Notes under the pieces: model-generated | The model's database searches: none | What the model saw: only the letters and a program-made list of their open reading frames with translations | What the model was told of the DNA's origin: nothing | Translations under genes and position numbers: made by a program | IMG/VR virus record: IMGVR_UViG_3300044633_001359 | Location: 1 to 30,386 of that record | DNA: 30,386 nucleotides | From: a virus | Taxonomy: Duplodnaviria > Caudoviricetes | Strand: one strand, 5' to 3' | Shown: positions 18,216 through 28,213 of the stretch, one piece after another | Layout of the letters: every line of letters begins with the position of its first letter | How positions within the stretch are numbered: the stretch's first letter is position 1

Positions 18216-20054
18216 TTAAGAGAAAGTAATTGATTGGAAGTTTTTAACTGAAACTCGGATGTCTTTACCAGGATATCTAATTTGATATACCTGAGATGGT
18301 TGAGCAAAGATTGTGTCGTCAACAGGAGCAATTAATTTAAGTTCTGGGTCTGAATATTCCATTGATGTTTCAGCTGAAGAGTATTGACCCCCAACCTCAT
18401 TGAACACTTCTAATCCCGCAACTGTTAACACCCCATTTGTATTTTGAATAATACTTCTAATCTCCGACAGATATACGTTTTGACCCAATTGTCTTGTTTG
18501 TGGGTTAAAGTACGCAGATACTTTATCAATAACACTTGAAATTACTTGTCCTGAATTTTGTGCCGAGTCCAAAACAATTGAAACATCAACACTCAAGTCA
18601 ATAACCTCAGCACTGAATATTGATATGTAATCGTTCATCATACGATAGTTTGATAGGTAGTTGGCAATATTCTGTCTTAGAGTGTTTGACACAATATTTG
18701 TTAATTTACCTGACGTATCATAAGATAATATTTGAATTAAAATTTTATTGTCGTTTTCAGTAATGGATACCTTTGCAGGTGCACCAAATTGAGCTGGCAT
18801 GTTTCTAATAATTGATTCATAATCTTGTACTGTTACTGCTCTTTTCTGAGCCGCAAAGTTAAATGATACATAATTTCTAATTTCCTCTAATGATGGAAGT
18901 CCTGCTCCACCTACCGCGGCAGTTACGTTAACACATCTTAATGAGTTGATTACCGCAGAGTTTGTTGTTTCTGAAGGACCATTAACAAAGAAAGATACCG
19001 TACCAATCTGATTGATTACATTAGTTCCCAAGTTTGTCGCCAAACCACCACCAACTCTATATTGAATAAACAATGTTGAATTAGGTGTTAGTGTTGAACC
19101 TAATGAGAAGTTATTTGAATACTTTTGTAATTCTAATGTTGTACCTAAAGTCGTGAATTGATTCAATTGGTCTTGAGCAGTGTTCGTACCACCACCAAAA
19201 GTCATTTTCTTAAATCCTTCAGGAGTATATTCAGTAATAAATCTATTTTGTGTTTGAATATATCTACCTACTTTGATACCAGGTTGGTCTGAGACTTTGG
19301 TCGGGTCTTCAATAAACACTCTATCTTCAGCCAATGCATCCACCTCGTACCATCTATTCTCAGCACCTAAAAATTCGGCTGTGGTTGGTATGTTTGTATA
19401 TTGAGTTCCGTTTTTTAATAACACGCTTGTAATACCTAACACATTCTTTTCAGGTAAGAACAATTCAAAGAAGGGTTTAACATCATTTGCACTGATAACT
19501 CTTTTGAATACTTTGGTAATTCCATTAACAACAATTTCTCTTTTTGTAATTGTGTAGTTAACAAGTATTCCGTTAGAATTAAAATTAGGAATCTTCAATC
19601 TATTTGGGAAACCTTGAGCGTTGTACGGTGACGCAAAATCAATATCATAAACATTTTCAAATACAACCCCCGCACCAACAACTTGTGAACCTCTTAATAA
19701 AGTACCAAGATATCTCTCATCTTCTTTATCACCAAATGCAGGAACCGTAACTGAAAAATCAACTAAGGCGACCGATGGTCTTTGTCCTGGCAATTTTAAA
19801 CCATAAGTTCGGGCTATATTGTAAATGGATGACCTTTGTTGCGCATATTGTAATACTGTCTCTTGTACACTTCGGTCAATGTTGTAATGTAAGTTGTCCG
19901 CAATTGCTGCATTCAAATCGATAAATACTGAGAATACCGATGCATCATTAAAATCCTGAATTAAGTCAGGATAGTATGTTCTTGTATAATTTAAGAGTTC
20001 AGTTCTAATTGACTGATAATCTCTAGTAGCGTACGATATTCTATTATTTGCCAT
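18216..20054 (-). CDS. Baseplate wedge subunit, T4 gp6 / P2 gpJ family
   Basis: N-terminal RDYQSIRTELLNY...QDFNDAS, LQYAQQRSSIYNIARTYG, and the hallmark AQKRAVTVQDYE. Adjacent to gp25. Confidence 0.9.
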   Translation of the reverse strand: MANNRISYATRDYQSIRTELLNYTRTYYPDLIQDFNDASVFSVFIDLNAAIADNLHYNIDRSVQETVLQYAQQRSSIYNIARTYGLKLPGQRPSVALVDFSVTVPAFGDKEDERYLGTLLRGSQVVGAGVVFENVYDIDFASPYNAQGFPNRLKIPNFNSNGILVNYTITKREIVVNGITKVFKRVISANDVKPFFELFLPEKNVLGITSVLLKNGTQYTNIPTTAEFLGAENRWYEVDALAEDRVFIEDPTKVSDQPGIKVGRYIQTQNRFITEYTPEGFKKMTFGGGTNTAQDQLNQFTTLGTTLELQKYSNNFSLGSTLTPNSTLFIQYRVGGGLATNLGTNVINQIGTVSFFVNGPSETTNSAVINSLRCVNVTAAVGGAGLPSLEEIRNYVSFNFAAQKRAVTVQDYESIIRNMPAQFGAPAKVSITENDNKILIQILSYDTSGKLTNIVSNTLRQNIANYLSNYRMMNDYISIFSAEVIDLSVDVSIVLDSAQNSGQVISSVIDKVSAYFNPQTRQLGQNVYLSEIRSIIQNTNGVLTVAGLEVFNEVGGQYSSAETSMEYSDPELKLIAPVDDTIFAQPSQVYQIRYPGKDIRVSVKNFQSITFS

Positions 20055-20059
20055 TTATA

Positions 20060-20530
20060 TTAAATATTGATAATTACAAAATCACTCTGTCCGTATGTTG
20101 ACCCGTTGGTTGAGTAATCTAATCTTATTTTTGCAGTATATTCAGATGTACCTTTACCAGGAAATCTGTAAATTGATGATTCACTTGAACCTACGATATT
20201 TTGTCCTGTTGCAATATCAACTTCTTCTTGGGCGTCTGCTGGTGTGATACTTAAACTATTAACCAACAAGTTTGGCATAAATGTTTCAATTGCATCTCTA
20301 ATATCGGATTCAATCGCATTAAATGTTAAACCATCAAATGGCTCAAAAAGGAATTCATATAGTCTTGTACCAAATTGAGGTAAGTAATATCTTGAACCTT
20401 TTCTTGTTAATAATAAATGTATCAAGTCGGCTTTAATTTCCTGAGATTCTAATTCTGTAAGTTCTAAATAATCACCACGTCTAGAATCCCTAAAGGGAAA
20501 ATTTATACCATAAGTAATTCCATCTGCCAT
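20060..20530 (-). CDS. Baseplate protein, T4 gp25 / P2 gpW family (sheath initiator)
   Basis: IKADLIHLLLTRKGSRYYLPQFGTRLYEFLFEP matches the GPW_gp25 signature (lLlT..GeR...P.FG..l...lFep). Confidence 0.9.
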   Translation of the reverse strand: MADGITYGINFPFRDSRRGDYLELTELESQEIKADLIHLLLTRKGSRYYLPQFGTRLYEFLFEPFDGLTFNAIESDIRDAIETFMPNLLVNSLSITPADAQEEVDIATGQNIVGSSESSIYRFPGKGTSEYTAKIRLDYSTNGSTYGQSDFVIINI

Positions 20531-20571
20531 AATAATAAATATAATGCTATCTATTTTTCTTTAAATAGATT

Positions 20572-20604
20572 AAAAATGAAAAATCCCGATTGTGTCGGGA
20601 TTTT
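20572..20604 (-). terminator. Rho-independent terminator after nrdA
   Basis: Stem AAAATCCCGA / TCGGGATTTT with a 5-nt loop (20580-20604), followed by a T-rich tract on the minus strand. Separates the replication and structural modules. Confidence 0.8.
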
Positions 20605-20608
20605 CAAA

Positions 20609-23035
20609 TTAGGAACTACATCCAAAACATTCAAAAGGACTGTCTTCAGGTTTCTGTGTTAGTTCGTGTAACTCAACTTTAGGTGTTTCAACTTTAACTT
20701 TAGGTTGTTGTACTTTTGATATGTCAACCGCCAAGTGTTTAGCTCCTGTTGAAATTGCTTTGGTTCTAACATAATAACATAATGTCTTTAAACCTTTTTC
20801 CCATGAGTGGAAGTGTGATGAGGTAATCTTAGACAATGTTGGATTAGCCATATAAATGTTCATTGACTGTGATTGGTCGATAAACGGTGCTCTATCAGCC
20901 GCCATGTTAATCAATTCTCTTTGTGAAATCTCCCAAATTGTTTTGTACTTACTAATCAAGTGTTCAATTCTTTTAACTTTCTTAGTATAGTTTTTGTCTT
21001 CAGTATCAAGGTAGTTGTTGAAGTTGATGTTTTGAATTGACCCTTCATTTAAGATGATTTCATTTTTCAAATCCTCACACCAAATACCCATCTTTTCAAA
21101 GTCGTTAATTAAGTATTTGTTTACAATCATGATTTCACCACCAACAACTCGTCTGTTAAAGATTGCTGAGTGAGCTGGTTCTGTCATTTCATATGAACCT
21201 GTAATTTTCGCTGAAGACGCCACAGGCATCTGAGCTGTAAATAATGAGTTACATACTCCATGGTTAGATACTTCTAATTTAAGACTATCCCAATCCCATA
21301 AACCACCTAATCCTTCATAATCCAATCCCCACATATCAAATTGGAAAATACCTTTTGACATTGGTGAACCTTCAAAGTGAGCGTAAGGTTTGTATTCACC
21401 TGACTTACACAACTCCATACTTTCAGTGATAGCTGCGAAGTAGATTGTTTCGAAAATCATTTTATTTAATTTCTTAGCATCTTCTGATGTAAAGATGTAA
21501 TCCATCAAATAGAATACGTCAGCCAATCCTTGAGTACCAATTGCAATTGCCCTTTGGTCCAATCCACCTTTTCTACCCTTTTCAGTTGAGTAACTGTTAA
21601 TGTCAATAACTTTGTTAAGAGCTCTAACAACTTTTCTCACCTCATTATAAAGTAAGTCGAAATTAAACTCACCTTTATTAATAAAGTTTTTCAATACCAT
21701 TGAAGATAGTGTACAGATTGCAGTAGTTTCTTCGTCAGTGTATTGGTAAATCTCATTACAAAGGTTTGATTGTTTAATCACTCCAATATTCTGATGGTTA
21801 GTTTTCTTGTTAGCATTGTCTTTAGAACATAAGTAAGGAACACCAGTTTCAACTTGTGATTCGATAATCTTAGTCCAAACGTCTTGAGCTTTAACTTTTT
21901 TACCAAGACCTAACTCAACCGCTTTGTTGTAATTTGTTTCGTACTCATCACCATAACATTCTTGAAGTGGTTTAATACCCGCTTTGATAATGTCGTTAGG
22001 ACAGAACAAATACCAATCACTACTTTCTCTTACCGCTCTCATGAAGTTATCAGGAATCCAAAGAGCCGTGAACAAATCTCTTGCTCTCAATTCTTCAGCA
22101 CCTGTATTCTTTTTGATATCCAATAGGTCCATAACATCTTTGTGCCATGGTTCAATGTAGATAGCCGCACTACCAGGTCGTCTTCCTTGTTGGTTAAAGA
22201 ATCTTAATGACTCATTAACAATTTTCAAATACTTTAACAATCCACCTGCAAATCCACCTGACGAATTGATACGACTTTCTTTACTTCTGATATTAGACAT
22301 TGCTAATCCAATACCTGCCGCGTCTGAAGAATATGTTGATATATCATTCAAGGTATGTAATAAACCATTACGTGAATCATCATTGTTGTAGTGTAATACA
22401 CAAGACGCCAACTGAGGAACTTTGGTTCCTGAATTGATAATGATTGGTGTAGCTGGTGAAATGAGTTGATTAGACAATGAGTGGTAATACTCAACCGCTT
22501 GTTCAAATGATTTTGTAACCCACAACGCAACTCTCATATACATGTGTTGTGGTCTTTCAATTACTTTACCTTGAGGTGTCTTCAACAAGTACATCTCTTG
22601 TAATGAACGCCAAGCAAAGTAATCAAAGTTGTAATCGTTCTCATGATTGATTACCGCATCAATTTTATCGTGACCGTACTCATTCATGATTTCAATTAAC
22701 TTGTCGTTAATCACACCTGTCGAATGTAATTCCATAATAGTCTCACAGAAACTATCATTGGTTTCTTTGTGGTAAGAAGAAATTGCAACCGACGATGCAA
22801 GTCTTGAGTAGTCGTGATGACTACCAGTGTACGCCGCAGCAATTTCATAAACCAACTTATCCAACTCTTTAGTTGTGATAAGTCCTTCAGTTGGTACTGA
22901 CGTAATAACCTTGATGAATATTTCATCAGAGTTTACGTTCAAACCTTTAGCAGCACGTTTAACTCGATTATAGATTTTTTGAGGATTGAATGATACGTCC
23001 TCACCATTTCTTTTTTTAATTTTTAATGACATCAT
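20609..23035 (-). CDS. nrdA: Ribonucleotide reductase class Ia large subunit with N-terminal ATP cone
   Basis: IKKRNG...KI..R ATP cone, ERPQHMYMRVA, SPATP, QLASC, SNLCNEI catalytic motif, MPVASS, IDQSQSMN, YY radical-relay pair, C-terminal CFGC. Confidence 0.97.
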   Translation of the reverse strand: MMSLKIKKRNGEDVSFNPQKIYNRVKRAAKGLNVNSDEIFIKVITSVPTEGLITTKELDKLVYEIAAAYTGSHHDYSRLASSVAISSYHKETNDSFCETIMELHSTGVINDKLIEIMNEYGHDKIDAVINHENDYNFDYFAWRSLQEMYLLKTPQGKVIERPQHMYMRVALWVTKSFEQAVEYYHSLSNQLISPATPIIINSGTKVPQLASCVLHYNNDDSRNGLLHTLNDISTYSSDAAGIGLAMSNIRSKESRINSSGGFAGGLLKYLKIVNESLRFFNQQGRRPGSAAIYIEPWHKDVMDLLDIKKNTGAEELRARDLFTALWIPDNFMRAVRESSDWYLFCPNDIIKAGIKPLQECYGDEYETNYNKAVELGLGKKVKAQDVWTKIIESQVETGVPYLCSKDNANKKTNHQNIGVIKQSNLCNEIYQYTDEETTAICTLSSMVLKNFINKGEFNFDLLYNEVRKVVRALNKVIDINSYSTEKGRKGGLDQRAIAIGTQGLADVFYLMDYIFTSEDAKKLNKMIFETIYFAAITESMELCKSGEYKPYAHFEGSPMSKGIFQFDMWGLDYEGLGGLWDWDSLKLEVSNHGVCNSLFTAQMPVASSAKITGSYEMTEPAHSAIFNRRVVGGEIMIVNKYLINDFEKMGIWCEDLKNEIILNEGSIQNINFNNYLDTEDKNYTKKVKRIEHLISKYKTIWEISQRELINMAADRAPFIDQSQSMNIYMANPTLSKITSSHFHSWEKGLKTLCYYVRTKAISTGAKHLAVDISKVQQPKVKVETPKVELHELTQKPEDSPFECFGCSS

Positions 23036-23046
23036 ATTGTTTTAGA

Positions 23047-23994
23047 TTAGAAATCTTCCTCGAAGGAAATTGTTTCATTTAATTTAGCTTTTTGATACTC
23101 AACTGTTCTTGACTCAAAGAAGTTACCTTTAGTCTCAACAGCAATTTGTTCCATGAATTTGAATGGTTGTTCAACATTGAATTCTTTTTTACAACCAAAT
23201 TTAACCAACAATCCATCAACAACAAACTCAAGATATTGTTTCATTAAGTTTGAGTTCATACCAATTAAAGATACAGGTAATGACTCGGTGATAAATTCTT
23301 TTTCGATTTCCAACGCTGATAATAAAATCTCTCTGATTCTTTTTTCACTTGGTTTGTTTTCAACGTGATTATTTAAAAGGTGAATTGCGAAGTCACAGTG
23401 TAAGTTTTCATCTTTAAAGATAAGAGAATTTGCATTACACAAACCTTGCATGATACCTCTTGATTTCAACCAAAAGATTGAACAGAATGAACCTGAGAAG
23501 AAGATACCTTCAACCGCCGCAAACGCAACCAATCTTTCTTGGAACGATGCCTTTTCAATCCAATCCAAAGCCCATTTAGCTTTCTTTTGAACTGCTGGTA
23601 AGTTGTCCAATGCTGTGAAACATAAATTCTTTTCTTCCTCACTTGAGATGTAAGTGTCAATAAGAAGTGAATACATCAAACTGTGGATGTTCTCCATCGC
23701 CAATTGCATACCATAGAAGAACTTCGCTTCAGGGTATTGTACTTCACGATAAAAGTTTTCAGCCAAGTTTTCATTGACAATACCGTCAGATGCCGCAAAG
23801 AATGATAGAATATTCTTAATGAAATATTGTTCATTCTCTGAGAGATTATTCCAATCTCTGATGTCGTTTGTCAAGTCAATTTCTTCTGCCGTCCAAAAAG
23901 CCGCTTGATGCATTTTGTAATACTCCCATATGTCGTTATGTTGAATTGGGAAGATAACAAACCTATTAGGGTTCTCTATTAATATTTTTTCCAT
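23047..23994 (-). CDS. nrdB: Ribonucleotide reductase class Ia small subunit
   Basis: [30 protein letters not shown] (radical Tyr), [23 protein letters not shown]. Confidence 0.97.
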   Translation of the reverse strand: MEKILIENPNRFVIFPIQHNDIWEYYKMHQAAFWTAEEIDLTNDIRDWNNLSENEQYFIKNILSFFAASDGIVNENLAENFYREVQYPEAKFFYGMQLAMENIHSLMYSLLIDTYISSEEEKNLCFTALDNLPAVQKKAKWALDWIEKASFQERLVAFAAVEGIFFSGSFCSIFWLKSRGIMQGLCNANSLIFKDENLHCDFAIHLLNNHVENKPSEKRIREILLSALEIEKEFITESLPVSLIGMNSNLMKQYLEFVVDGLLVKFGCKKEFNVEQPFKFMEQIAVETKGNFFESRTVEYQKAKLNETISFEEDF

Positions 23995-24013
23995 AATTTT
24001 AAATTGTGTTTTT

Positions 24014-25396
24014 TTACGATTGTTGTTGTTGTTGCTCTCTTTGTTTTTTCTTTTCTAGCAATTCCTTAACTCTGTCTCTTTTTCTTTCTTCTTGTTGTTC
24101 TTCAAAACCTAAGAATGTTACAGACGAATCAGTATCTATTTCCAGTAATTCGTTGTTAAACTTACAGTTTTCAAATACAACTCCATCTTTACCAATACGT
24201 GATTTGGTGATGGCGATGGTTGCCAAGTTCATTTCTTTTTGTTGTAAAGTCTTAGCCACGGAAATGATAACGTGTCCAACTTGTGCTTTCTTAATAGAAC
24301 CACCCATCTGGTCGGTGGTAACAACCTCAGAAGATATAGAGCTTCTGTTACCCTGTGTTGCTGTCCATCCAACTAATGATAGTTCGTGACACATCGCCTC
24401 AAAACCTCTCATAACTGAACCCTCAGCCTTCCATTCATCTTTACTCGAACTTTCAGGAACCACACAATCAATATAGTCTAAAAGAACCAAGTCAATCTTT
24501 GTACCATCAGCAATCATTTTTCTGATTTGGTTTTTGATTTGATTCATGGACATAGAATCCGATGGAAGTTTTTTCAAGATTAACTCGTTCTTCATCGTTT
24601 CTTTGATTTCTGTGATTTTAGCCATGACCTCATCTTTGTGTTTTACCAAGTTGTCAGGTTCAATACCAGTCCAAAGTGTGAAGTGTTTACGTTGTACAAT
24701 TTTTGGGTTGTCCTCAAAGAATATTTGAAGGACGTTATAACCAAGATTAAACGCAGTATTCGCAATCTTTGTAAGGATAGTAGTTTTACCGACACCTGTA
24801 GGTGCTAAGATAACACCAATTTCTCCTTTTGCCAAACCACCTTTAAGTAGTCGGTCAATTCCTGGTATTCCCATCGCAATTGGATGACGGAAGTCTTCAT
24901 CAAGAACTGTGTCAAGATTAGAGAAGATATCAGTTGTACCTGTATCTCTTTCCCCAACCTGAAGAGCTTCACGGACCAAACCTTCAACCTTATCATAAGA
25001 TTCAAAGTCACCTTCCGTAATGATTTTTTGGGCTTTGTCCATCGCCTTCTGAAGTTCTTGTTGTTTACAGAACTTCAACGCTTTCTCTTGAACGAACTGA
25101 GTCCCTTCAAATGGTGCGTCTTTTACTTGTTTGATAGTGTCAAGGACAATTTTTGCAACTAACTCTTGTGAAATCTCAGATTTAACAATCTGTTCGAGTG
25201 TGTCAAAATTTGGTGTTGATTGGTACTTTACGTGATACTCCTTAATCATTTGCAAGATAATCTTGAAGTATTTGTTGTCAAAATATGAACTCTCGATTAC
25301 GTCCATAATCGACGCCGAAAATTCTTTATCGACGACAATTTGGTTTAAAAGCTGTATTTGAAATGTTGTTCCTAAGTAATCAAAATTTTTGTTCAT
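24014..25396 (-). CDS. dnaB: Replicative DNA helicase, DnaB / T4 gp41-like (SF4)
   Basis: [14 protein letters not shown], Walker A APTGVGKT, Walker [22 protein letters not shown]. Confidence 0.9.
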   Translation of the reverse strand: MNKNFDYLGTTFQIQLLNQIVVDKEFSASIMDVIESSYFDNKYFKIILQMIKEYHVKYQSTPNFDTLEQIVKSEISQELVAKIVLDTIKQVKDAPFEGTQFVQEKALKFCKQQELQKAMDKAQKIITEGDFESYDKVEGLVREALQVGERDTGTTDIFSNLDTVLDEDFRHPIAMGIPGIDRLLKGGLAKGEIGVILAPTGVGKTTILTKIANTAFNLGYNVLQIFFEDNPKIVQRKHFTLWTGIEPDNLVKHKDEVMAKITEIKETMKNELILKKLPSDSMSMNQIKNQIRKMIADGTKIDLVLLDYIDCVVPESSSKDEWKAEGSVMRGFEAMCHELSLVGWTATQGNRSSISSEVVTTDQMGGSIKKAQVGHVIISVAKTLQQKEMNLATIAITKSRIGKDGVVFENCKFNNELLEIDTDSSVTFLGFEEQQEERKRDRVKELLEKKKQREQQQQQS

Positions 25397-25431
25397 ATTG
25401 TATTTTTTCGTTCGTCTGTTTTATTAAATAT

Positions 25432-25884
25432 TCACTTGTTTAGGTCAAAGTTCAAATATTCTAAACTTAATTTTTGACCTGAAAAAATGTCAGTTAATTC
25501 TCGGAGAACGTCTTTCAAAAATGGTCGTACATCAACTGTATAACGAACTTTTGGCGGGAATAATTTTCCATCAAAATTTCTATGACAAATTGTCTGTTCT
25601 CCAATTTTTACATAAATGTTGAATTCTTCCTTTTCATCGGTGAACGATGTGTCCATAATTGCAGGGTCTGCAACAATAGCATCTTTGTTGTCCATCATGT
25701 AAATAACCGTCTTCATTTTCAGGTTGTACTCAAGCGATTCTTTTAGTCGTTTAACAAAGTCGTATAACTCCAAAGAATTTTTTGCTTTCGGGTTATACCC
25801 TCGAACATTAAAGAATCTTTGGACAACGATGTTGTCGTTCAACGTAAGTAAGAATTCCATTTTGGTGCTGTCTTGCTCTTTCAT
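25432..25884 (-). CDS. Hypothetical protein in the replication module
   Basis: 150-aa ORF tightly packed between the exonuclease and the helicase. No family recognised. Confidence 0.65.
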   Translation of the reverse strand: MKEQDSTKMEFLLTLNDNIVVQRFFNVRGYNPKAKNSLELYDFVKRLKESLEYNLKMKTVIYMMDNKDAIVADPAIMDTSFTDEKEEFNIYVKIGEQTICHRNFDGKLFPPKVRYTVDVRPFLKDVLRELTDIFSGQKLSLEYLNFDLNK

Positions 25885-25887
25885 AAT

Positions 25888-26889
25888 TTAATTTTTGTTT
25901 GTATTTCTTTTTTCTTTTCTTGTTAATTTCATAAAAGGTTTGAGGAAGTTAACCCAAGCATCATTGTCTTTGGGCAAATACTTAAAGAGACCATCTTCCA
26001 TCATCATTCTCATTAAGTTCTTATATCCCCTATCCGTAGGGTCTATAGTGTCTGTTAAAATTTGCTCTACCAATTCTTTTCCATTCTCAGTTATTAAAGG
26101 GTTTGTAAGGTCGACTATCTTTTTGTTTGTTGTATAAAACTCTTCTCCAAGTATAGTTGATTTTGTTTTACCAGTCAAAAGATTTGTCAATGTTTTGGAA
26201 GGTTTGTCTTGCGGGATATTTCGTGCACAATCCATGATTTCTTCGATAGTGCATGGTTTCTCCTGCAATTGAGGGAATAACTTAACTAAAGTTTTTTCAC
26301 CAAGTCCCTGAATACCATCAATGTTATCCGATTTATCTCCCGTAAATACTTTTGTTAACAATACATTATAGTGAGGTATGTCCACTTTGTTGATGGATAT
26401 CATATCTCCGTTTTTAAAGTATTGTTTTGTGATTGGGGAGTAGATGGTCACATTCTCAGAGATAAGTTGTGTAAGGTCTTTATCCGCTGAAAAAATGATA
26501 ATCTGTTCGTCTTTAGATATCTTACAATAATATGCGATGAGGTCATCAGCTTCGTTGTCTTCAACCTCAATTTGTCTTACAAATATTTCTTCAAGATATT
26601 GTTTAACACGAGACCTCTGATACAAATACGATTCGTATTTATACTCATTCATACTTTCTCGTCTGTTCTCTTTGTATTGGGGGTATATAGACTTTCTGAT
26701 AGATGAATTTGAATCACCATCCCAAAACACAACAACTTTATCATGGTTGTGTTCTTCAAGGAATTTACGGAGTATATTCACAAAGTGGTATACTCCGCCC
26801 ACGTGGTCTCCGTTGTTGAAAACATCTTTGGCTCCGTGGAATCCTATCTTAAATAAATTATTACCGTCTACTAATAGTGTCTTAATCAC
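25888..26889 (-). CDS. 5'-3' exonuclease / flap endonuclease (PolA N-terminal, T4 RNase H-like)
   Basis: LLVDGNNL, VVFWDG, YPQYKENR, EADDLIA, SADKDLTQL, GDKSDNIDGIQGLGEKT (H3TH). GTG start. Confidence 0.92.
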   Translation of the reverse strand: MIKTLLVDGNNLFKIGFHGAKDVFNNGDHVGGVYHFVNILRKFLEEHNHDKVVVFWDGDSNSSIRKSIYPQYKENRRESMNEYKYESYLYQRSRVKQYLEEIFVRQIEVEDNEADDLIAYYCKISKDEQIIIFSADKDLTQLISENVTIYSPITKQYFKNGDMISINKVDIPHYNVLLTKVFTGDKSDNIDGIQGLGEKTLVKLFPQLQEKPCTIEEIMDCARNIPQDKPSKTLTNLLTGKTKSTILGEEFYTTNKKIVDLTNPLITENGKELVEQILTDTIDPTDRGYKNLMRMMMEDGLFKYLPKDNDAWVNFLKPFMKLTRKEKRNTNKN

Positions 26890-26918
26890 ATCTGTGATTT
26901 AAAGGGTGAAACAATATA

Positions 26919-27923
26919 CTAATCTTCTTTTTCTTCTTTTAATTCAAAATCAATTGAACTAACTCCAAGAATATCTTTCCAATATTCTGCGTATTCTTTC
27001 TTGTAGTTTTCAATCGAAGCCTTCTCTTCAGATGCTTCTTTACCTGCCAAGAATCCGTGTGGTGTCACAATAATCTTTCCGTCTTCATAACCTAATCCAT
27101 TGATGTGGTTTTTCATTACGGATACTTTTGTTCTGATTGCAAACTTAACACTTCTTTTGTCTTTTGTTGCAGTAATTTTATTTGTTCCCGCACCTTTTTG
27201 GTTTCCAAATAAGAATACCAAAGATGAGTTTAACCAAATAGCTTCACCACCTTTTGCTTTAATTTTTGGTTGTCCAAATGGATTGTCAGGTAATTCAACC
27301 CAAGGTTGATTTACAATAACCAAAGTGTTTTCGTATTTTGAATCAGATTTACGTGAACCTGAAATACGTTGGTTGATACCCATACCAATCTTATCTGCCA
27401 ATACAGATGCGTTGTGTTGTTTACCACCTTTACCATCGTAAGTCATCTTACATGGAACTGAACCAACAGAATCCCACAAGAATAATAAACTGTAATCCAA
27501 TTCACCTTTTTCTTGAGCGTCTAACAAACTGTTGATGTAGTCTGTGATTTGTTCAATGTAATCAAAGTCATTGTTGAAGATGTAAAAACCATCCCAATCA
27601 ATTTCCCCTGTTTCCTCATCAACTACTTCTTCACATTCAAAACCCATAAGTTTTGCATGTTCAAAAGACCATTTTTGTTCTGTGATAATGAACACAGGTA
27701 GAATACCTTTCTTCTGAGCATCAACCGCAGCTTTAACCAAAGCAGTCGTTTTACCCGTATCTGAGTGACCCAAGAACATATTCAAGTGTCCAATCGCAGG
27801 ACCAGGTAGTCCAACCGCATCCAAGAAGTCAGGACCTAAGTCAAAAAATCTTTGTGGTTTGTATTTAGCAGAAGTAGAGAATTTCTTCTTTACCGAGCTA
27901 AAATCGTTTTTCTTAATTGCCAT
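26919..27923 (-). CDS. recA: RecA/UvsX-like recombinase
   Basis: Walker A GHSDTGKTT, Walker B LFLWDSV, VIVNQ, KAKGGEA, VMKNH. Lies in a replication/recombination cluster. Confidence 0.85.
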   Translation of the reverse strand: MAIKKNDFSSVKKKFSTSAKYKPQRFFDLGPDFLDAVGLPGPAIGHLNMFLGHSDTGKTTALVKAAVDAQKKGILPVFIITEQKWSFEHAKLMGFECEEVVDEETGEIDWDGFYIFNNDFDYIEQITDYINSLLDAQEKGELDYSLLFLWDSVGSVPCKMTYDGKGGKQHNASVLADKIGMGINQRISGSRKSDSKYENTLVIVNQPWVELPDNPFGQPKIKAKGGEAIWLNSSLVFLFGNQKGAGTNKITATKDKRSVKFAIRTKVSVMKNHINGLGYEDGKIIVTPHGFLAGKEASEEKASIENYKKEYAEYWKDILGVSSIDFELKEEKED

Positions 27924-28140
27924 AATGTTTTGCGTAAAATTCTTTTATGGTTACAAGTTTATCTGACGCGTTTGCAAGTTTCTCGACGAAATTATCCATC
28001 TCTTCCAAATGTTGTGGGTGTTCACCAATCCCTACAGCATTTTCCATATAAACCATTAATATTGCCTCAGCCTCAGCAACTTCACTCTCGTATTTCAATA
28101 CAAGAGATTCAAACATTCTTTTTCCAATTCTATTTTGCAT
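27913..28140 (-). CDS. Small conserved phage protein with GIGEH motif (helical hairpin)
   Basis: 75 aa. VYMENAVGIGEHPQHLEEMD resembles, from memory, a small hypothetical family in T4-like aquatic phages (vYl.n..GIGEH). Confidence 0.6.
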   Translation of the reverse strand: MQNRIGKRMFESLVLKYESEVAEAEAILMVYMENAVGIGEHPQHLEEMDNFVEKLANASDKLVTIKEFYAKHYGN

Positions 28141-28160
28141 GTGTTGTTTTTTTCTTGATT

Positions 28161-28205
28161 AAATAAAAAAAGCATGGACACTATGTTAATGTAAGTGTCC
28201 ATGCT
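28161..28205 (-). terminator. Rho-independent terminator after the SSB gene
   Basis: 12-bp perfect stem AGCATGGACACT / AGTGTCCATGCT (28171-28182 with 28194-28205), then TTTTTTATTT on the minus strand. Confidence 0.8.
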
Positions 28206-28213
28206 CTGTTAAA

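Noticed and set aside
18216-20530. Bacterial extracellular contractile injection system or tailocin
   Set aside because: The baseplate genes adjoin a phage-type replication module (gp32-like SSB, UvsX/RecA, gp41-like helicase, RNR) with no host housekeeping genes, which fits a phage genome.
20609-23994. Eukaryotic or giant-virus origin suggested by the eukaryote-like RNR
   Set aside because: The same RNR type occurs in Bacteroidota, and the contractile-tail genes, rho-independent terminators and overlapping genes indicate a bacteriophage.
24014-24060. (CAA)n microsatellite / poly-Gln tail of the helicase as a phase-variation site
   Set aside because: It is only a few in-frame triplets at a disordered C-terminus, so slippage would not switch expression.
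20609-27923. Inteins, group I introns or homing endonucleases in nrdA, nrdB, helicase or recA
   Set aside because: Protein lengths are normal, motifs are contiguous, and no splice-junction or LAGLIDADG/HNH/GIY-YIG signatures are visible.
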